A DNA stretch of 64,000 bases from Azolla caroliniana (taxonomy: Eukaryota > Plantae > Polypodiophyta): positions 1,308 through 65,307 of the forward strand of contig JBHGNT010000147.1 in the NCBI GenBank assembly GCA_043228905.1, in the 5' to 3' direction. A model generated the notes under the pieces. It ran no database searches and was not told where the DNA came from. It saw only the letters and a list, made by a program, of their open reading frames with translations. Every line of letters begins with the position of its first letter. Position 1 is the stretch's first letter. A program made the translations under genes and the position numbers. This document shows, in pieces, positions 1-12,489 of this stretch.

Positions 1-803
1 GAAGGCATAGCTAGATTTGTGAGTTGCTACCCTCTAGTTTCTTCTTGTTTCATTTATTTTCACAAGTATAAATGCACTCCAAATTCATACCAAGGGTTTA
101 AGATCCTTTATAATACTAATACGAGACATGTGAAAATCACTTTGGCATCCTCCATTCACACATGAAGTAACAAATTAAATTGGAGGGCTAAATGAACTCT
201 ATTATGGTTCATCATTGTGGGTATGGACAACCAGAGACATTAAATGCAAAGAAGAAGTTCAATGATATCAATGATCATTCTTATATTTCAAAATTTAAAG
301 CTGAAGAAGAGGTTAATTTATTAGAATCAATATTATGATTCAAATTCCAACACGTGGGAGCAATGTTCAACTCTCATGAGTCAATCATAATTGGCCATAT
401 TTTATCAAATGGATTAAGGACAATATTGGGATGCTTCCCAAGCACGTCTTTTACAACGTGTCATCTTGCGCACCCCTTTTCGAGCCTGTATTGAGGAAAT
501 AGTGTTGGCATAAAAGGCTAACTCCTTCCAAGTTGTATCCATCCGAGTGTGAACTCTTCAATAAGTTAGGGCTTAGTATATAAGCGAATACCTAACATTG
601 TATAGTATGACGAGTGATGAAGCCTCTATGCATTGTATCTTAGAGAGAGAGAGAGAACGAAGCAACAAAGCTTTCCATTAGAGCTTGCACTGTGTAAGTG
701 CACGCCATTCTTTTTTCTGTCTGCGTTGTTTGCTGTTCAGAACCAACACAGATCCATACACGTTTCTGCAAGTTGTTAGAAATCTCAAGTTCACAAACAG
801 AAT

Positions 804-1834
804 ATGGCTTCAACATCCGGAACAAGAATCAGAAAATTCGACGGCAAAAACTTTGCCTTGTGGAAGGAGATGATGCAGGATGTGATGATTATTCGAAGAC
901 AGGTCGAAGTCATTCAGCACAACGAAAAACCTACTTCAATGGTAGTCGAGGAGTGGAGATCAACGGACGAAATCGCACGCTCCTCCATCCGAATGCATCT
1001 GGCCGAAAACGTCTATTTCAGCATGGCGAAAGAGACGACATCGTTCTCATTGTGGGAGAAGCTACAAGCCGTTTATGAAAAGAAGTCCTCATCTTCGAAA
1101 CTGATTTTGATCAAACAATCGTTCAACATGAAGATGAGAGAGACCGATCCGGCAACCTCCCATAGCAACACCTTTAGCCAGGTGTTGTCTGAGCTCTCGT
1201 CACAAGGGATCAACTTCAAAGAAGAAGTGAAAGCCCTCGCCCTCCTATCGAGCTTGCCAGCGAGTTGGGAGGTATTCTGCATGACATATGCCAATAGCCG
1301 ATCGATCCTAAACTTGGATGAAACAATCGGCCAAGTCCTCACAGAGGAAATTAGGCGAAAATCGATGGGACTAACCATCATGAGTCGGTAGAAGCCCATC
1401 ACTCGACCGAGTCGTTTGATCGACAGAGTCGAATGAAAGAACAAGCCGACAAAACCGGTCGACGCTACAGGCAATTGAAAACAAGGGGAGACCGACAATG
1501 ATCGAAGTCGAAAACGGGCCAATCAAACGAGTACTACACACACTACAGGAAAGCTGGCCACAATGTTTCTGACAGCTGGTCATTAAAAAGAAAAGAGAGT
1601 GGTCAGCGATCCGAGCGGAATCGGGGATGTTCCGACTCGGACCACTCTCCAGTCGGCAACCAAATCAACGTTGCCGACACCCGATCTGGAGAAATCCTCT
1701 CCTTAGAAGACTCAATTATCAAAGAAGTCCTCTACAGTGCACAAGTTGCACACACGTGGCTACTAGACTCTGGCGCCACATTTCACGTGACCCCCAACAT
1801 TGAATGGTTCTCGAACTATTCAGCCGACGCTAGC
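804..1834 (+). pseudogene. gag: Copia A gag and start of protease (frameshifted)
   Basis: ORF 804-1391 (KFDGKNFALWK..., LALLSSLPASWE) is typical Copia gag, followed by a degenerate zinc knuckle and WLLDSGATFH. Confidence 0.88.
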
Positions 1835-1882
1835 TGTCGTGACTTGAGAATAGGAGAGAGAAAAATAAGATGACAGTAGAAG

Positions 1883-1925
<43 letters not shown>

Positions 1926-2285
1926 ACACTAGAAATGGAAAGAGAGTTTATATTATAAGAGAGCAAGGATTACAAAGAGTAGGCTAAGGGGCTACAAACT
2001 AGTGTTGAACCGAATGAGTTGTGATGAATGAATAGACACCTATTTATAGGTCCTTATGGAGTATTCTAGAATGTTCTAGAATATTTTAGATATTTATGAT
2101 ATTTAATATAATCATGGAATATCCTAGAATGTTCTAGAATACTCTAAATGTCTTGTAATAACTAATAGTACATTTATTATAACTATACATCATATATGTT
2201 AGTATAATGGTTAAAGGTCTAACATATAGACCAAGACGTCTTGGGCTCGAATCATTGTAAGGCCAAAATGTATGTCGTCATGACA
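1835..2285 (-). repeat. 3' LTR of chromovirus B (451 bp)
   Basis: TGTCGTGAC...GTCATGACA termini; matches 7114-7602; PPT at 2286-2299. Confidence 0.97.
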
Positions 2286-5200
2286 TTATCCCCCCTTTTC
2301 GATGACGAGTTCCACGAGTCGGAAGACAAGATTTCGGACTTGGCTTATGATGATGTTTGTTGTGAAATGCAGCAACCATTTTAGAGGCATTAGCAAGATT
2401 CTCAAGAGGTTCCCATGTTCGATCATTAGGTGTATAACCTAACTAGTCAACCAAATAATACATTTTGTTGCGAACGATCTTGGAGTCGAGAATGGCAACA
2501 ACTTCATATTCGGAGCCATCCGAAACTTCGATTGGAGGTGGGGGAGATGTAAGACGGCCTGGAATAGAGTTGGTTGTGTACGACTCCAAAAGTGAAACAT
2601 GGAAGACCGGGTGAAGATGCATATGAGGGGGAAGATCAAGGCGAAATGCCACATCATGGATCTTACCAGATATCACATATGGGCCAAAACGTTGATAATC
2701 CAATTTGCAGCAAGGTCGGGTTGTTTTAATGCGACCTTGTAAAAGCCATACTCGATCCCCCACTTGAAACGTAGTCGATGAATCACGTCGATGAAGGTCA
2801 GCAACCTTCTTTTGAGTGTTTTGAGCATCAAATAAATGGTGCAAAAGGATATCTTGAACTTCTTGGAGTCGGGTGAGCCGATCTTCAGCAGCCGGGTTTG
2901 TCGGGAGTTCGGGATGTTCAAGCATAGTCCAACGAGGATGGTACCCAATGTTTGCAAAAAATGGGGAATATCCAGTAGAAGAATGTTCTGAGTTGTTGTA
3001 AGCAAATTCCGCCAAATGTAATAGATCAACCCAATCATCTTGTTGATAGTTGACAAAACAACGAAGATATTGTTCTACTGTTTGGTTGGTGCGCTCACTC
3101 TGCCCGTTAGTTTCTGGATGGTAGTCGGAAGAGAGTTTGCAAGAAGTATGTAAGAGTTTGAACATGTGCCGCCAAAATTTTGAGATGAACTAGGGACCCC
3201 GATCACTGATAATATCATCAGGAAGACCATGATGCCGAAACACCTCTCGCATGAGTAACTCGGCTGTCTCTTGGCTCGTAATGGCCTTTGTGCAGGGAAG
3301 AAAATGTGCCATCTTGATAAAACGATCTACTACCGTGAATAGAATCAAAACCCTTGGAAGGTGGTAGATCCGTAATGAAGTCCAATGAAATAGATTTCCA
3401 TGGACTCTCAGGAATAGGCATTGGCTGTAATAAGCCATATGGATGATGTCGAGGTTTTTTGGATCGGCAACATGTATCACAACTACGAACATAATCCGTA
3501 ACAAAATGGCGAAGTCGTGGCCACCAATACCTTCGAGAAATTAACGCCAAAGTCTTGTGGATGCCAAAATGTCCAGCCATTGGTGTATCATGACATTGTT
3601 GCAAGACTTGGAGTCGAGAAGGACCATTAGGCACATATAAGAGATTTTGTCAAAAAAGTAAACCATCATGCCAATTGAACTGGTTGTAGTCTTGACGAGG
3701 ATTTTGAGATTGTGAACAAGAAGCACGATCTGGGATAATATGGCTCAGAATATCCTGGGCGAATTCATCAGTCTCAATATGCTCCCAAATGGAGTCTAGA
3801 AGACTTGAATCCTCGGGTGTGTCTATAGCATGAAAAACCATTAGTCGTAGACGGTCAGGACCCAAGAGGATTTGCTTCTGACTTTCAAACGTGGCCTCTC
3901 CTGGTTGAAGTTCCATATATGAACGCCGAGATAAAGCATCTACTTTGCCTTGTTGCGTCCCAGGGCGATATAGAATTACGAAATCAAAACGAGTTAAAAA
4001 TTGCGCCCAACGAGCTTGTCGACGACTCAAGTCTCGAGCACTTTGGAAGTACGTTAGATTTTTGTGATCATTATAGACAATGATTTGTTGAGACGAACCC
4101 TCCAAAAAATGACGCCATTGTTGAAAAGAATCCACAATGGCAAGAAGCTCTTTGTCGTGAATCTCATAGTTGATTTCTGCAGCTTCGAATTTCCGTGAAT
4201 GAAAAGCCACAGGGTGCAGTTGGCCATCATTGCTAATCTGGGATAATATGCTTCCTAGTGCGAAGTCAGATGCATCAGCTTCCAGTATAAAGCGCTTCAA
4301 TGGATCAACATGCATCAAAATTGGTGCGGATGTAAATGCTTGCTTTAATCCTTCAAATGCAGAGTTTGCATTTATACTCCACACAAATGGTTGATTCTTC
4401 TGTGTCAGTTGAGTGAGGGGCAATACGATCTTTGAATAATGTTTGATGAACTTGCGATAAAAGTTTGCGAACCCTAAAAAACATTGTACATCTTGCACAG
4501 ACTGTGGTGTTTGCCAATCCAAAACTGTTTGAACCTTTGCTGGATCCATAGAGATGCCATGTGAAGAGACTATGTACCCCAAAAATTCCACTTGACGCTG
4601 GTCAAAGCTGCACTTCTCCAATTTTGCATAGAGACCATATTCACGCAACCGTTGCAAATCTTGTCGAACGTGTATATCATGATCCTCTTGAGTTTTTGAG
4701 TAGATCAAGATATCATCTAGGTAAATTATGACGAAAATATCGAGGAAATCTCGAAAAATGTCATTCGCCATATGTTGGAAAACTGCTGGTGCATTCGTGA
4801 GACCAAATGGCATCACTGTATACTCAAAATGGCCATAGCGAGTACGAAAAGCAATCTTCCATTCATCCCCAGGACGAATTCGAACAAGATTGTAAGCACC
4901 TCGAAGATCTAACTTTGTGAAATACTTAGCTCCATTGAGGCGTTCCAGAAGGCTCGAAATCAATGGTAGAGCATATCGGTTTCGAATAGTTACTTTATTC
5001 AATTCTCGATAATCCACAACCAGACGAAGCGAACCATCTTTCTTCTTAACGAAAAATATGGGTGCGCCGGCAGGAGATCTTGAATGCTGGATAAACCCAT
5101 TCGCCAAGTTCTCATCGATATATTCCCGAAGAACCTCTAACTCTGTGGGTGAAAGATTATAAATTGGCCCCCATGGAGGCTCTTTTCCGGGCTGCAAATC

Positions 5201-5881
5201 AATCGGGCAATCATATGGTCGATGCTTTGGTAGTCTATTGGCCTTCACCTTATCAAAAACATCGGAGAATTCTATATATTTCTTCGGTAGTTGGACCCCC
5301 GATTCTTGTGAGCTCGATGTGGGAGTTGCTAAAACTGCGAACACCAACATGTCTTCCTTCCGTCCTTCATCACGTAATTGATGTATAGAGATTGTCGAAA
5401 TCTTTTGGAATGTCATATCCTTTGTTGGAGTTTTAAGAGGCTCAGACTGTATTGTGACTTCTTCGATGGTTCTTTTTCTCCAATCAATAGTTGGGTTATG
5501 TAGCTCAAACCATGGAAGACCAAGAACTAGGGAGTGCTCTGGACTACTAATGATGTTGAATGAGATGACACTAGCCAAATTGCCTAGGACTACATGAATT
5601 GGTTCAGACTCTTCAACTATATCACCTGATGCTATGGGGCGTCCATCAATGACTCCGACTAACACTGGGCTTGGGAGCTTATGCAACTGAATATTATGCA
5701 TTACAGCAAACTCACGATCCATGAAACAAGAGTTGGCTCCAGAGTCTAAGAGGGCAAAAGCTGGGACTCGATGGCACCTAGATGTGTTAAGCTCAACTTG
5801 TGCAAAGAAAACTCGACTAACTTGACCAGATGAAATGGAACCACAACTAGGGACGGACGTTACATGCCTAGGGCTGTCCAA
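2286..5881 (-). pseudogene. pol: Chromovirus B pol (protease, RT, RNase H, integrase, C-terminal chromodomain)
   Basis: Motifs LLDSGA, YLDDILIYS, EADASD, HHCC (HDTPMAGH...CDTC), IISDRG, GPY and chromodomain YEVVAILDSK...YLVD*LGY...TWEP. In-frame stops at ~3650, ~3190 and ~2443, and one frameshift near 3340. Confidence 0.95.
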
Positions 5882-5920
5882 CCAAATGGCTCCGATTTTG
5901 GCCGGACTTACTCGTTTAAC
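5876..5920 (-). promoter_or_regulatory. Candidate -1 ribosomal frameshift signal between gag and pol
   Basis: G_UUA_AAC heptamer (5920-5914), 6-nt spacer containing the gag stop, then an 11-bp stem GUCCGGCCAAA/UUUGGUUGGAC. The pol frame is -1 and open across the site. Confidence 0.75.
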
Positions 5921-7020
5921 ACATCATCTAATTGGCTCAAGACATCAAATGTATTTTTATGACAGGGACTACTAGGCCTACTTGGGTTACGAGAAGGCGG
6001 GGCAGAAATTGAGATGGGATTGTCATGAGCACTTACTTGGTTAACTTGTCGTCGTGGTTTATGTGGACAATTCACAACAATATGCCCTGGACCACCACAA
6101 TAGAGGCATAGACGATTCACTCGCCGTCGTTGCTTTTCAGCATCCGATAATGGTTCTCGACGTCGTGTTGTCTCGATTTCCATTGGAGTAGGGCCTTCCA
6201 CCACACTTGACTTTGATACTTGGGGTGGAGTTGCAACCACTGAAGCATATGTTTCTGTTGGTCGAAAGTGTAACATTTGTTGGCGCTCAGAACGCCGCTC
6301 AAATAAGCGATTGTCACATCGCATGGCCCGGCTTACTGCTTCAGTAAGAGATTTTGGATCATCATGGAAGGTAAGAAGTAAATCCTTCACATCATTGCGC
6401 AAACCTTGACGAAATTGATCCATTAATGCTGCCTTGTCCCATGGAATATCACATGCTAGAAGGCGAAAATCTGCAGCATAAGCGGAAGCAGGACAATCTC
6501 CTTGTCATAATCGCCGAATTTTGTTTATTGCAGTCCTCATACTATCAGTGTCTCCAAAGTTGGCTTGGAACTCATTAATAAACCCTTCAAAATCTTCTAA
6601 TAATGGTGAGTGCTTCTCTAGGAGTGGTGCAAACCACGCTAATGCGGTACCCGTTAACAAGGTACCAACTAGACCCACACGAGCAACATCAGTTGGGTAA
6701 CGGCTAGGATGCAATTTAATCACAAGCCGTACCTGATTTCCACGAAACTGAGACCTTGTACCATCAAACTTGGCTGGCAGACTAATCTTGGGTTCCTTCG
6801 GCGAGGTTTGAACTTCCGCCACTTGTCGTTGCAATAGAGTAGTCTCCAATTGATGCACCCATTGAGATAATTCTTCATATTGTTGTACTTTCTCAGCACT
6901 TACTTGTTGTAGGTGTCCCAGCAATCTTTGATTTTCATGCTCTAGTGCTACGAATTTGGTTGTTAGCATTTCGAGCTCGGAGAGAACACACATATATTCT
7001 TGCTTGCTGACGGACTCCAT
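5908..7020 (-). pseudogene. gag: Chromovirus B gag (capsid + CCHC knuckle), one premature stop at ~6505
   Basis: PEG10/sushi-like capsid (PAKFDG...LLTGTALAWF, FRQGLRNDVKD) and CLYCGGPGHIVVNC knuckle. Confidence 0.93.
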
Positions 7021-7100
7021 AGTTGCGATAGAAAATTGCTAGATTTGGTTGAATAAAGTTAAGATAAGAAGAAGAAGTTGAAGAAGAAGAAAAGAGATAG

Positions 7101-7111
7101 ATTCGGTTCAA
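7101..7111 (-). promoter_or_regulatory. Non-tRNA primer-binding site (self-priming type)
   Basis: TTGAACCGAAT, 2 nt inside the 5' LTR boundary, is the exact complement of ATTCGGTTCAA at 7292-7282, which starts 33 nt downstream of TATAAATA (7325-7318). Confidence 0.85.
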
Positions 7112-7113
7112 AC

Positions 7114-7161
7114 TGTCGTGACTTGAGAATAGGAGAGAGAAAAATAAGATGACAGTAGAAG

Positions 7162-7202
<41 letters not shown>

Positions 7203-7602
7203 ACACTAGAAATGGAAAGAGAGTTTATATTATAAGAGAGCAAGGATTACAAAGAGTAGGCTAAGGGGCTACAAACTGGTGTTGAACCGAATGAGTTGTG
7301 ATGAATGAATAGACACCTATTTATAGGTCCTTATGGAGTATTCTAGAATGTTCTAGAATATTTTAGATATTTATGATATTTAATATAATCATGGAATATC
7401 CTAGAATGTTCTAGAATACTCTAGAATGTTCTAGAATACTCTAGAATGTTCTAGAATACTCTAAATGTCTTGTAATAACTAATAGTACATTTATTATAAC
7501 TATACATCATATATGTTAGTATAATGGTTAAAGGTCTAACATATAGACCAAGACGTCTTGGGCTCGAATCCTTGTAAGGCCAAAATGTATGTCGTCATGA
7601 CA
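7114..7602 (-). repeat. 5' LTR of chromovirus B (489 bp) with TATA box and heat-shock-element arrays
   Basis: Differs from the 3' LTR by 2 substitutions, a (GA)n length change and two extra copies of the 20-mer CTAGAATGTTCTAGAATACT. Confidence 0.97.
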
Positions 7603-7607
7603 CCAGC

Positions 7608-10600
7608 GTCACAGTCCGACTGGGAAACAGGCAGGAGTGCAAGATAGCCGGAACCGGGGACGTTCCTATCAGATTGCCAAATGACAACACAATAATCTTG
7701 CACCGAGTTCGGCACGTACCTGATCTAAAGAGGAGTTTGGTCTCCATCGGCATGTTAGCCGAAAACGGGTATCGAACGACTCTACACGAGTCGACATGGG
7801 TGATCAGCTGAGGAAACCTCAAAATCGTTAGTGGGTACAAGTATAATAATCTATACCCATTGATGGCGATCAACCCAAAACAGGCCGTGAACATAGCCGA
7901 GAAAACCGACCCAAACTTATGGCATGGCCGACTTGGCCACATGTCTCAAGCTGGACTTGATCGGCTGATGTCGGTCGGCTACATTCTAAAACTCCTGGCA
8001 AAGATGGACTTCTGCGAGCATTGTCGATATGAGAAACAGACCCGAAGTCTGCACTCTCTCCACTACGAGATGGTATGACAACCCCTAGAGCTCGTGCACA
8101 CAAACATATGTGGGCCCATGCCAACGCGATCACTAGGAGGCTCCTGGTACTTCATCACATTCGTAGATGGCTGTACATGGAAAGTTTGGGCATACTCCAT
8201 GAAGTCCAAAGATGAAGTACCAAGAGGTGAGTACACCTCCAGAGCCTTCAAATAGTACCTGTCCGAAAAAGGGATCCGACACCAAAAGACCGTTCCCTAC
8301 ACACCCATGCAAAATGGAGTGGCAGAACGGATCAACAGGATGATCCTGGAGAGGGTGATGGCAATGCTCAAGCACGCCAGATTGAAGCTGGAATTCTGGG
8401 CCGAGGCATTGCAGACGACAATGTACCTGATAAATCTGGCGCCGTCAAGAGCAATCAGGCTCAAAGTGCCACATGCACTATGGTCAGGCAAACAATCGAC
8501 CTACAATAGGGTGCACGTTCATCCCCAGGGACAAAAGGACAAAGTTGGCACCCCATGCAACAAAGTGTATATTTCTCGGTTATGGAACTGATGGGGACTT
8601 CGGCTACCGGCTATGGGACCCTAAGAACCGGAAAGTGATCTGGAGCAGCGACGTAGTCTTCAATTAAAACTCTATCTTCTCTCAACGGAACCAATAGAAA
8701 ATAGTTGGTAAGAAGGTATCCTTCGAAGATGACAACACTGTAGTAGAAGGACCGACCCACCAAGCCGAATCAGAGACTCGACAAACAGTCGAACTCCAAC
8801 AAGCTGCCAACTTCCCTACCGACAACGAATTGGCAACAAGTCCTATTGTCAAACTCAAAGACAAAGTCATCAAAGACACAACCGAATCGGCCAGGCTCGA
8901 TAAAGGCAAAGTCACCAAGAGACAAGTCAGAAAAGAGTCGATGACAACCACAGGGGAGGACAACCAGATACCGTCGAAATCCCAATCTAGGGGCGGGACA
9001 CCTAACAAGACTACTGATACAGATGGTTCAACTAATACAGATCGACCAACAAAGCCGATTGAAGGATCCGAACCAAACATCTCGGCACATAGGAGATATG
9101 GACAAGCTCGAAGGCAAATAGAGTTCTACCAACTGGGCCTCGACTACGCCAACTACATGGATGCAAGCGAACCAAGCACCTATGAAGAAGCTATGGTCGC
9201 ACCGGATGCCGAAACATGGCTACAAGACATGAAATCCAAAATGGACTTGATTCATCAGAATTAGACATGGGAGTTGGTCGAACTACCAGTTGGAAGGAAG
9301 CCGCTACCTTGCAAATGGGTTTTCCGATACAAGTATGTATCCGACTCAGAGAAACCCAACTACAAAGCTCGACTTGTCGCGAAAGGATTCAAATAGGAAT
9401 ATAGGGTCGACTATGATGAGATATTCTCACTAGTAGTCAAGATGACCACCCTTTGACTCCTACTAGGAGTCGCGACGAAAGAAGATCTAGAGCTCGAGCA
9501 GATGGACGTAAAGACGACATTCCTACATGAAGATCTGGAAGAAGGCATATACATGTCTCAACCGGCAGGCTTCACAGCGACGGGGGAGGATAGTCACCTC
9601 GTATGTTGACTAAAGAAAAGTCTATATGGCCTAAAACAAGCGCTGAGAATGTGGCACCCGAAGTTTGACTCCTACATACGATAGCTTGGATACAACAAAT
9701 CAGACTCTGATCCATGCATGTATGTTCGGCAACTGGCCGACAACTCAAGGATCTATCTGATCCTATACGTCAACGACGTGTTGATTGCAGGAAGCAATCA
9801 AGCAGAGATCGGTAAGCTGAAGCGAAGCCTTCACGCCAAGTTTGCGATGAAGGAACTCGGACAAGCCCGACACATACTAGGCATGAGGATGGAGCGCAAT
9901 CGAACGACCAAAACTCTCCGACTCTACCAGTCCGAATACATCCGCAAGGTGCTGAAGCGCTTCAACATGGAGAATGCGAAGCCAACACCGACATCGATTC
10001 CGACGTTGATTGGACTATTGGATAGAGACTCTCCTTCGACGGACAAGGAGAGAGAACTCAATGGAAAATACCCTACGCATCGGCAGTAGGAAGTATCATG
10101 TACGCAATGGTGGCGACCCGACCCGACCTAGCCTATGTCGTAGGGGTTGTTAGCCGGTACATGTCAAACCCACCCAGGAAAGAAGCATTGGGAGGCTGAC
10201 AATCACACCCTTAGGTATCCAAAAGGAACCTTGGATGCACAAGTGACTTTCGAACTGACAACCTTTGTCGAAGTCGAAGGCTACACGGATTCCAACTATG
10301 CGGGAAATGCAGATAATCGGAAATCGACATCAGGCTACATCTTCACCTATGGTGGCGGGGCGATATCATGGAGGTTGAAACTTCAAGAGTGCATGACTTT
10401 GTCTACCACAGAAGCTAAGTACATAACAGCATCGGAAGTAGTGAAGGAAGCGATCTGGCTGCACCGACTGACTGCCGACTTCGGAACTTGAAGCTGAAAC
10501 GACCGACCATCTATTGTGACTCACAAAACGCAATACACCTCATCAACAATCCCGTCTATCATACGAAGACGAAGCACATTGAGGTGCGGTACCATCATAT
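7608..10600 (+). pseudogene. pol: Copia A pol (GAG-pre-integrase, integrase, RT, RNase H)
   Basis: LWHGRLGH, QNGVAER, KCIFLGY, EPSTYEEA, LYVNDVL, GYTDSNYAG, YCDSQNAI; many stops and frameshifts. Confidence 0.92.
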
Positions 10601-10604
10601 CCGG

Positions 10605-11721
10605 TACCATCTATACAACTCTCTACAATCCTCGTCATACCACTTGTTCTGTGGCATAGACCCTATTCTACTATGATTGGAGTGTTTTGTGTATGGGAAG
10701 CTATTGATTGCTGCTGAGTGAAGGATGTGTGCGAGTTATGTAGTGAGGTTCTCTAAAGGCAAGGAAGAATCAAAAGAGGAGAGATGGGCTTGAACATGTC
10801 GGGAGTAGATGTTAGCGAGCTCATGCGGGAAATGTATTATGGTGTGATGGTTTGGTTGACTAGAGTTGGTGGCATGGGAGGTGTCGCATTTTAGCTCAAA
10901 GTATAGGAAGTTATGGTCTGCACCAATGGGGCATGGGGCCCCCGGAAGGAGTTAACCATGTGGGTAGCTTTAGGGTGTCCTATTAGGTAATCAACAATGC
11001 TTTCCCCTCCTCCATGTGGGAAACATGTGAGTGCTTTCGAGCCCGGCCACTTGGCTAAGCCATTATATATGATCATCTGGTGTCGGCTTCCAAGTTCAAG
11101 TAGATGATGGCCAAAGCTTGTGGCGTCTGCACCCTGATCCTTTCATGTACGTGTTATGTCTAAGTCTAAGGGGTCAACATTCACCATTTCTAGGTTTCTA
11201 TCCATCTGAAATATTGTGCATTGTCGGGATTGGGTTCTCGCATTGAAATCTCCTACAAGGAAGACTTCCCCTTGAGAAGAATATTGGATTATGTAATCCG
11301 ATAAAGGTTCATATGGAGAAGGCCCATGCAGTGTTCCATCATCAACTATACTCGCCTCTCCAGCCATATTATACCAGGATCCTTTCGGGGGGAAGTAACA
11401 CACGACGATAAATATCTCCTGATCCTTGCTCGTGAGGACTTTCACCCACATAAAAAGGGCTTTTGGGTCTTTCTTTAGTATTTCTATCCTATTATATCTC
11501 TCTCTCTGAAATGGTATTGCAACCCCTCCAGACCCTCTAGTAGTATGTCGACGTGAGGTTTGTCTAAAGACATATTCCCAACGAAAACCGTCAACTCGTG
11601 GCAGTCCTTGATTTGGGCTCTAATGTGCTTCTACTAAAAAAAGTATGTCAGTTACCTTCAAAATCTCCTCTAGACGGCCAGGGTGTGTCCAAAGTGCACT
11701 GTTATAGTTCCATAAAGCCAT
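10605..11721 (-). pseudogene. LINE ORF2 apurinic endonuclease domain (truncated)
   Basis: ORFs 11143-11451 and 10891-11076 carry GDFNAR and SIVDY motifs. Confidence 0.85.
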
Positions 11722-11757
11722 CCTAAGTTTATTGTCTGTCACATGGGCCACACGCCG

Positions 11758-12489
11758 TCAATTGGTGGTGCGATCATTTATTATCACATGTCCGTCTTGG
11801 TAAAAAGCACGATGCCCCTCTTTACGAGCTTGTATGACTCGCGGCATACAAGTTTTATGATGCTCAATTTGCATCTTGGTCAGGTCTTCATTGAGGTAGA
11901 TAGGGTCCCTACGCAATCCTCGAAGAATTGGTCTCTTTTTAAAAAATGCGATTCTAGATTCTGAGTCCTTAAATTAAAGGACCAAAATTCTTTTCCTAGT
12001 GGTATCACGTCCTACCCTCCAAGTTTTAGTGATTGGTAGGGCTTCGTACCCCAACATTTTCCCTAATGTTTGTGCATCTTCGTCAGGAGATGCCCCTTCC
12101 TTGAGCCTAGTAACTTGTATATTTAGGCATCGAGCTTGACACATTTTTTCCTCCTCAAGGGTAGTGTTTACAATATTTTCATCCTTTAGTTCCTTTTTAA
12201 TATTACGTTTTACTACATCAACCCACCCAATTTTTGCTAATTCCATATCGCTTTTAACCTCTTCCTTAACCTTTTTGATCTCGTCCTTAATATCCTCTAG
12301 GGAAGATATTTCACCATCTTCCCTAGATGTCTCAAGGTCCTTAACTTGTTTCTGAAGGTTCGTGTTGTCTACTTTAAGTTTCATTATTTCAGCAATAAGC
12401 ACTTCTTTTTCTTCCTTATCTTTTTGTTTTTCAGCTTCAATCTCTTTCGACCATTTTTCTATTTTAACTAAACGGTTAAGGACATCCAA
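11758..12489 (-). pseudogene. LINE ORF1 (coiled coil + RRM/CTD-type)
   Basis: ORF 11974-12489 continues in frame past a stop to ...GHVIINDRTTN*; no CCHC knuckle seen. Confidence 0.7.

Larger units (their letters stand above)
1835..7602 (-). mobile_element. Ty3/Gypsy chromovirus B (Tcn1/Tf1/sushi-like), full length
   Basis: Two near-identical TG...CA LTRs. TSD ctagc (1830-1834) / ccagc (7603-7607). PPT AAAAGGGGGGATAA next to the 3' LTR. Domain order gag-PR-RT-RH-INT-chromodomain. Confidence 0.97.
503..10600 (+). mobile_element. Ty1/Copia LTR retrotransposon A (degenerate, 3'-truncated), split by chromovirus B
   Basis: TGTTGG-started LTR-like segment at 503 resembles the LTRs at 44020 and 44471. 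Copia gag starts at 804. Protease WLLDSGA ~1757-1777; integrase, RT (LILYVNDVL) and RNase H (IYCDSQNAIHL...KHIEVRYH) span 7608-10600. The LTR end and PBS appear deleted and there is no 3' LTR. Confidence 0.9.

Noticed and set aside
1-500. Possible host gene exon
   Set aside because: No sustained ORF or recognisable motif.
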